Source: a bacterium
GTDB taxonomy: Bacteria > Babelota > Babeliae > Babelales > CAIQNR01
Assembly: GCA_947502805.1 (NCBI GenBank)
Contig: CANNBR010000001.1
Span: 1-41,434 of the forward strand
DNA length: 41,434 nt
Direction: 5' to 3'
Under the pieces are notes generated by a model. That model saw only the letters and a list, made by a program, of their open reading frames with translations. It ran no database searches and was not told where the DNA came from. The number at the start of each line of letters is the position of its first letter. The stretch's first letter is position 1. The position numbers and the translations under genes are program-made. This document shows positions 36,860 through 41,434 of this stretch, one piece after another.

Positions 36860-37394
36860 AGCAGGACTTTTTCTTTCTCGGCGTTATGCACAAGCTTATC
36901 TTGGGGTATCGTATCATCTTCTTGTTCCCGATCATGTTGCTGCATTCGAATCGGCGCATGTTTTTTTTAAGAAGCATCAAACAGCGTGTTTTTTGATGGA
37001 TTTAACTTTGCTTTCTCCAGAGGTAAAAGAAAAGGCGCTCATAGATCTTATTGAGCGGTTTAAACTTCCATCATCTTGTTATGCATTAATGTGTTTGGTA
37101 ATAGCGCATCACCGTACCTCATTACTTGCTCCTATGTTTCATCAGTTAGCAGATTTGTATCAAAAGCGGGCTGGAATTATAACATTTTTAGTACAAAGTT
37201 CAGTGGCTTTATCAGAGCAAGAAAAAACATTGATAGAAAATTTTTTAAAAGAACAGGTATCTGTAAGGGTGTATTGTTCTTACGAGCTAAACCCAGAGCT
37301 TATAGCTGGTGTGCGTATTTTTAATGAACAGTATTTATGGGAATATTCTGCTCAGGCTCAATTACGAGCGCTGTATACTAGCGTACGACGCTGA
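36852..37394 (+). CDS. atpH: F0F1 ATP synthase subunit delta (OSCP)
   Basis: 180 aa with a GTG start. The N-terminus reads RRYAQAYLGV and the C-terminus reads ELNPELIAGVRIFNEQYLWEYSAQAQL, which fits the delta pattern (IGG..i.....iD.S....L). Confidence 0.75.
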   Translation: MDRAGLFLSRRYAQAYLGVSYHLLVPDHVAAFESAHVFFKKHQTACFLMDLTLLSPEVKEKALIDLIERFKLPSSCYALMCLVIAHHRTSLLAPMFHQLADLYQKRAGIITFLVQSSVALSEQEKTLIENFLKEQVSVRVYCSYELNPELIAGVRIFNEQYLWEYSAQAQLRALYTSVRR

Positions 37395-37401
37395 GGTTTT
37401 T

Positions 37402-38913
37402 ATGAAGATAAAAAGTACCGATCTTGTTTCTCTTTTTGAAAAAGCTTTACATGATGGGCCACAAGAAAATTTAGAAGAGATAGGCATTGTTGTTCAAGTG
37501 GGGGATGGCATTTGCCGTGTTCATGGTCTTGAACGAGCAGTGTATAACGAAATTGTTGAATTTGATGAAGGCAATAAAGGGATCATTCTTGATCTTGATG
37601 AAAGCTATGTCTCTGTTTTTCTTTTGTATGCCAACATTCCCGTTGTTGAATTAGAAGTAGTTAGACGTACTGGGCATGTGTTTAAAACTCCTGTAGGCAT
37701 GAATCTTCTTGGTCGTGTGATAAATGCAACTGGAGCACCACTGGATGGTCTAGGTGATTTGAATGCAGAAGCTGTAGCGCCGATAGAAACATTTGCGCCA
37801 GGGGTTATTGAACGTAGTCCGATTAATGAACCATTACAAACAGGTATTCTTGTTATTGATGCCTTAGTACCAATTGGTAAAGGTCAACGAGAGTTGATTA
37901 TTGGTAACAGAAATACAGGTAAAACAGCGGTTGCGCTTGATGCCATTCTGAATCAAAAAGGTAAAAATGTTTTCTGTATTTATGTTTCGATTGGTCAACG
38001 CCAAGCAAATCTAGCACGCGTTATTCAGTTGTTAAGTGAAAACGGAGCCCTTGAATACACAGTAGTAGTAAGTGCTGATTCAAGTGACGCAGTGTTATGC
38101 CAATATCTTGCTCCTTATGTTGGTTGTACGATTGGTGAATACTTTAGAGATAGAGGTCACGATGCTCTTATCGTCTATGATTCTTTAAGTAATCATGCGA
38201 TTGCGTATCGAGAAATGTCTCTCTTGTTGCGTAGGCCGCCGGGGCGTGAAGCGTATCCAGGCGATGTGTTTTATCTTCATTCACGATTATTAGAACGTGC
38301 AGGTAAACTTGCAAAAGGTGGTTCGTTAACAGCGCTTCCTATTATTGAAGTACAGTCAGATGATATCACTGCCTACATTCCAACGAATCTTATTTCCATC
38401 ACTGATGGTCAAGTATTCCTTGATGATCAGTTATTTAAAAGTGGCATTCGTCCTGCGGTGAACATTGGTCTTTCTGTTTCTCGTGTTGGTGGAGCAGCGC
38501 AAACTCGTGCAGTGAAAAAAATGGCAAAGACCTTAGGTCTTGAACTTGCTCAGTATCGTGAACTTTTAGACTTTTCTCAGTTTGGTACTGATCTTGATAA
38601 AGAAGCACAACGACGTCTTGCTCGTGGACAATGTGCCACGGAAGTGCTTAAGCAGGGTCATTACACCACGTATAACTTTGTTCAAGAAGCGTTGATGCTT
38701 TTTATTTTGCAAGAAGGTTTTTTGCATGATGTCGCACTTCCTACTATTCAAGCATTTGTTACACAGTTTGTAAGTTACGTTGAATCTGTCTATCCAAAGG
38801 TGTATGGCACTATTTTAGAATCAACCGATGTATCTGATCAGATTAAAACCGAGCTTATTGCCATAGCAAAAGAGTTCAAGATTCTTTTTGTGGCTCCTGA
38901 GTTGGTTGGCTAG
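37402..38913 (+). CDS. atpA: F0F1 ATP synthase subunit alpha
   Basis: ATG 37402 has RBS gagg and begins MKIKSTDL. The track start 37309 would overlap atpH. It has Walker A GNRNTGKTAVALD, DSLSNHAIAYREMSLLLRRPPGREAYPGDVFYLHSRLLERA and ITDGQVFL. Confidence 0.93.
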   Translation: MKIKSTDLVSLFEKALHDGPQENLEEIGIVVQVGDGICRVHGLERAVYNEIVEFDEGNKGIILDLDESYVSVFLLYANIPVVELEVVRRTGHVFKTPVGMNLLGRVINATGAPLDGLGDLNAEAVAPIETFAPGVIERSPINEPLQTGILVIDALVPIGKGQRELIIGNRNTGKTAVALDAILNQKGKNVFCIYVSIGQRQANLARVIQLLSENGALEYTVVVSADSSDAVLCQYLAPYVGCTIGEYFRDRGHDALIVYDSLSNHAIAYREMSLLLRRPPGREAYPGDVFYLHSRLLERAGKLAKGGSLTALPIIEVQSDDITAYIPTNLISITDGQVFLDDQLFKSGIRPAVNIGLSVSRVGGAAQTRAVKKMAKTLGLELAQYRELLDFSQFGTDLDKEAQRRLARGQCATEVLKQGHYTTYNFVQEALMLFILQEGFLHDVALPTIQAFVTQFVSYVESVYPKVYGTILESTDVSDQIKTELIAIAKEFKILFVAPELVG

Positions 38914-38960
38914 ATTAGACTGATTTTTATAGTAAAGATTAGTGTAGAAGAAACCTTTTA

Positions 38961-39059
38961 CTCGTCGTCCTCAGCGGTACGAGAGCTGCGGCAGCGTGCG
39001 TAGTACGGTGCTAAGCGAAGTGAGCATGAGGATCCAGGATAATTGCACAAAAATCATTA
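38961..39059. repeat. solo arm of the type B repeat
   Basis: ctcgtcgtcctcagcggtacgagagc...aagtgagcatgaggatccaggataattgcacaaaaatcatta aligns with the reverse complement of the B1 right arm (ctcgtcgtcctcagcgatacgagagc...aagtgagcgtaaggatccaggataattgcacaaaaatcattt). Confidence 0.85.
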
Positions 39060-39078
39060 TAGTGAGGCATTTTCAGCG

Positions 39079-39639
39079 ATGAATAAAATAAAAGCAATTC
39101 TTATTCCCGGCAACGGGGATAGCTCGCCTCAGGATAATTGGCTTCCTTATGTTAAAGCGGAGTTAGAAAAAAGAGGCCTTACCGTTTTAGCCCCACAATT
39201 TCCCGATACACCGATTTGCAGAGAAAAGTACTGGATTCCTTTTTTAAAACAATTGGGAGCGGACGAGAGTACCATACTTATCGGGCATTCAACCGGAGCT
39301 ATCGCGGCAATGCGGTTTGCAGAAAACAATAAGATTTTAGGTTCGGTGCTTGTTGGTTCGTATCACAGTGATCTTGGCATGGAAACTGAAAAATTAAGTG
39401 GCTATTTTGACCGTCCTTGGAACTGGGAAGCTATCAAACAGAATCAATCCTTTATCATTCAATTTGCATCTACTGATGATCAGTGGATTCCCATAGCAGA
39501 AGCGCGTGCTGTGCATAAAAATTTGAACACTGAATATTACGAATTTACTGATAAAGGCCATTTTATTGGCCGTTGTTATAACCCAACTTTTCCTGAATTG
39601 GTGGAAGCGGTTAGTAATCAACTTATGGTTCTACGGTAA
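39079..39639 (+). CDS. alpha/beta-fold serine hydrolase, YdeN/RBBP9-like
   Basis: ATG 39079 (MNKIKAILIPGNGDS) is preferred, because the track start 39043 lies inside the repeat arm. The nucleophile elbow is LIGHSTGA and the length is about 186 aa, as in this family. Confidence 0.7.
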   Translation: MNKIKAILIPGNGDSSPQDNWLPYVKAELEKRGLTVLAPQFPDTPICREKYWIPFLKQLGADESTILIGHSTGAIAAMRFAENNKILGSVLVGSYHSDLGMETEKLSGYFDRPWNWEAIKQNQSFIIQFASTDDQWIPIAEARAVHKNLNTEYYEFTDKGHFIGRCYNPTFPELVEAVSNQLMVLR

Positions 39640-39822
39640 TGAAATTTTTACCATTAAAAATAGAACATTTTCCGTTGCTTCCTTGCCTTTTATGTTGACC
39701 CTGAAAAAGAAAATAAACCAGCTTTGCGCACATACGAAAAAGCAGGGTTTACCGTTTTCAGTAGTATAGGTCATACAATTCTGGAAAAACTTTCTATTGT
39801 ACCTTTGGTTATCTATAGGTAA
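39639..39822 (+). pseudogene. internally deleted, frameshifted GNAT acetyltransferase remnant
   Basis: Frame A (39639-39698) reads MKFLPLKIEHFPLLPCLLC*, a GNAT-type N-terminus. Frame B (39694-39822) reads VDPEKENKPALRTYEKAGFTVFSSIGHTILEK...*, the classic GNAT C-terminal N..A...YEK.GF motif. The roughly 100 codons normally between them are missing. Confidence 0.6.
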
Positions 39823-39891
39823 CTATTTTAATGGATTTTGGTAACTCATAGGTAACCAAAAGGGGTTGTGAACATTGCTATTGAAAAAACT

Positions 39892-40110
39892 TTACCGTTT
39901 ATTTATTTCATCTCTATCAAAATTAAGGTCTTTTGTTGTTATGCGTACCGCATCAAAGGTTCTTTTTTTAGAGAGTTTTTTTGTTTGATCAGCCGTTTCA
40001 TCATCTTGCAAGATGATGACGCGAAATTTTTTAGATAATTGGTCCTGATACTTTTTTGGTACCTTGATAATTCCATCTTCGATTTCCGCTATAAATTCTA
40101 TTGCATGCAT
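39892..40110 (-). CDS. small antitoxin-like protein (AbrB/SpoVT-like N-terminus?), with no partner gene
   Basis: 72 aa. MHAIEFIAEIEDGIIKVPKKYQDQLSKKFRVIILQDD resembles small type II antitoxins, followed by a charged tail. No adjacent toxin ORF is present. Confidence 0.35.
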   Translation of the reverse strand: MHAIEFIAEIEDGIIKVPKKYQDQLSKKFRVIILQDDETADQTKKLSKKRTFDAVRITTKDLNFDRDEINKR

Positions 40111-40438
40111 AGTAAGTTCCTTTAAAAAACTTTTGATTTTAAATTTAACCTAACATTGAACACTTTCAACAGCAAACGTAAACGATAGCAAGAAGTAGAT
40201 TTTTTTAGTTATCTATAGAATCCCTTGATAAGATACTTGAAAAACAAGCACGAGTTATCGCCAAAAGACGAATTAAAGTAATAAATCATTCTATGAATTT
40301 AGAGCAGCAAGGGTTAAATCAAAAGCAGTTGCAGAGCCAAGAAGAAGATTTGGTTCAAGAACTCTTACGCGGTGAACCTAAAAAACTGTGGAATAATGAA
40401 ATTTAATTATCCGATTTACTTGGGGAATGTATTAAAAT

Positions 40439-41023
40439 ATGAGTGAAAAAGCATTAACAACTTATGAAAAATTTTTAGCAACATTAACACCAAAGCAAGC
40501 TAAGCAATTTAGTAAAGAACAAAAAGAATTTTTTATATTGGAAATGGTTTTTGCTGCGCAAGAGTTTGCTTATAATCCTAGTGGCTTAATCATTAGCAAT
40601 CTGGAGCAAGAAGCAGAAAGCCAAGAGTATGGAGCCTGTAGATTTGACCTTGGTCAAAAACATATTAAATTCCGTGTGGCAAAAATCACCCCAAAAAAAG
40701 TCGGTCAGTTTGTTACTTTCTGGAAACGAATGGGAGATGGTCCCATTATGCCTTATGATGTAAACGACCACTTTGATTTTTTGATCGTCAGTGTGCGTAA
40801 AGTAGATTGTCTTGGTCAGTTTATTTTTCCAAAAAATGTTCTGTTGCAAAAAGGGCTGCTCTCAAAAGATGGTCGTGGGGGAAAGCGCGCGATGCGTGTG
40901 TACTCTGTATGGGATATAACTGAAAGTCTGCAAGCTAAGAAAACTCAGGGATGGCAATTACTGTATTTTGTGGAATTACAGCCTGTGCTTGATAAGGTAA
41001 AAATTCAAAAGCTGTTTCTTTAA
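40439..41023 (+). CDS. MepB-family protein
   Basis: 194 aa. ESQEYGACRFDL...IKFRVAKITPKKVGQFVTFWKR...GPIMPYD..DHFDFLIVSV....GQFIFPKNVLLQKGLLS...GGKRAMRVYSVWD...QAKKTQGWQLLYF matches my recollection of the MepB family pattern. Confidence 0.6.
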   Translation: MSEKALTTYEKFLATLTPKQAKQFSKEQKEFFILEMVFAAQEFAYNPSGLIISNLEQEAESQEYGACRFDLGQKHIKFRVAKITPKKVGQFVTFWKRMGDGPIMPYDVNDHFDFLIVSVRKVDCLGQFIFPKNVLLQKGLLSKDGRGGKRAMRVYSVWDITESLQAKKTQGWQLLYFVELQPVLDKVKIQKLFL

Positions 41024-41100
41024 ATTATAGATAAAAATTGAAAAGAATGATCAGTTGCCTTATACTAAAGGTTTCTTAGTTCTTAAGATTTAAAAATTAG

Positions 41101-41177
41101 TGTGCTCGTAGCTCAGTTGGATAGAGCAACGGATTTCTAATCCGTAGGTCGCTGGTTCGAATCCAGCCGGGCACACC
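41101..41177 (+). tRNA. tRNA-Arg (anticodon UCU), CCA encoded
   Basis: The cloverleaf folds by hand. The acceptor stem is gtgctcg/cgggcac (one G-U), the D arm is gctc-agttggata-gagc, and the anticodon stem is acgga/tccgt with loop ttTCTaa. The variable loop is aggtc and the T arm is gctgg-ttcgaat-ccagc, then discriminator A and CCA. Confidence 0.92.
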
Positions 41178-41322
41178 ATCTCTTCACACTCCATCATTAC
41201 CAAAGTTGCAGCATTATTTTTGATATTTCATAGAGTGGATCAGTTTATGCCACCCACTTCTTTGTTTAATTTAGGTTTATTTTTTCCTCAGAACTGGTTG
41301 TTTTCAAGGGGCCAAGTCTAAA

Positions 41323-41390
41323 ATGAAGTGCGACAACTTTCTGATAGAATTAGTTTTGATAAAAAATTCTGTCTAAAAAAAAGTTGTCGC
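41323..41390. repeat. putative left-end region of an IS element, containing an 11-bp inverted repeat
   Basis: gcgacaacttt (41330-41340) and aaagttgtcgc (41380-41390) are perfect inverted copies just upstream of the transposase ATG. The first 23 nt recur, inverted, at 21714-21742. Confidence 0.45.
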
Positions 41391-41392
41391 TT

Positions 41393-41434
41393 ATGAATTA
41401 TACCCAATTAAAAGAACATGATCGAATACGAATT
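41393..41434 (+). mobile_element. 5' end of a probable IS30-family transposase gene, running off the window
   Basis: MNYTQLKEHDRIRI fits the common IS30-family N-terminus pattern M.Y..L....R..I (for example M.YTHLT..ERYQI). Only 14 codons are visible. Confidence 0.4.

Noticed and set aside
39808-40217. An 11-bp direct repeat, gttatctatag, at 39808-39818 and 40207-40217 flanks the antitoxin-like ORF and could be target-site or att duplications.
   Set aside because: By a rough estimate, several exact 11-mers at this spacing are expected by chance in 41 kb of AT-rich DNA. There is no extended similarity beyond the 11 nt.
40224-40406. A small ORF (TTG 40224 or ATG 40293 to TAA 40406; ...MNLEQQGLNQKQLQSQEEDLVQELLRGEPKKLWNNEI) might be a gene.
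   Set aside because: It has no RBS and no recognisable family, and it lies in a region of evident gene decay. I treat it as a possible remnant, not a supported CDS.
41101-41177. At first glance the anticodon region ...tttctaatcc... could be read as CTA, which would be an amber suppressor tRNA.
   Set aside because: With the 5-bp anticodon stem acgga/tccgt the 7-nt loop is ttTCTaa. The anticodon is therefore UCU (Arg), an ordinary tRNA-Arg.

Overview
A 41.4-kb, AT-rich, tightly packed bacterial chromosome segment using the standard code (TAA, TAG and TGA all end genes). Most of it is housekeeping: glyA, efp, nusB, murI, ndk, rpsA, leuS, uvrB, a RecD2-type helicase, an MscK-like channel, an M3 oligopeptidase, a deoxynucleoside kinase, atpE-b'-b-atpH-atpA and tRNA-Arg(UCU). 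The 5' end carries a surface-glycan module: two GT2 genes, a WecD-like GNAT, a DegT aminotransferase, a SAM methyltransferase and a polytopic membrane protein. A predicted beta-barrel protein ending in Phe, a signal-peptide ankyrin protein and nucleoside salvage suggest a Gram-negative, possibly host-associated organism. That lineage guess is inference only. The strongest signal not explained by genes is a family of GC-rich, nested-palindromic MITE-like repeats at seven intergenic sites. There are two full copies and one solo arm of type A, one full copy and one solo arm of type B, and two mini-hairpins. They flank an interrupted methyltransferase gene, sit in the glyA/efp divergent region, abut a gene start, and mark the point where the ATP synthase operon stops after atpA. 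Other points: EF-P has Arg rather than Lys at the loop tip, and an Amidase_3-like protein seems to lack its zinc ligands. The tRNA-Arg is flanked by a decayed accessory islet (GNAT remnant, orphan antitoxin-like ORF, MepB-like gene) and by the start of a probable IS30-family transposase. I found no CRISPR array, no rRNA and no recognisable defence system.
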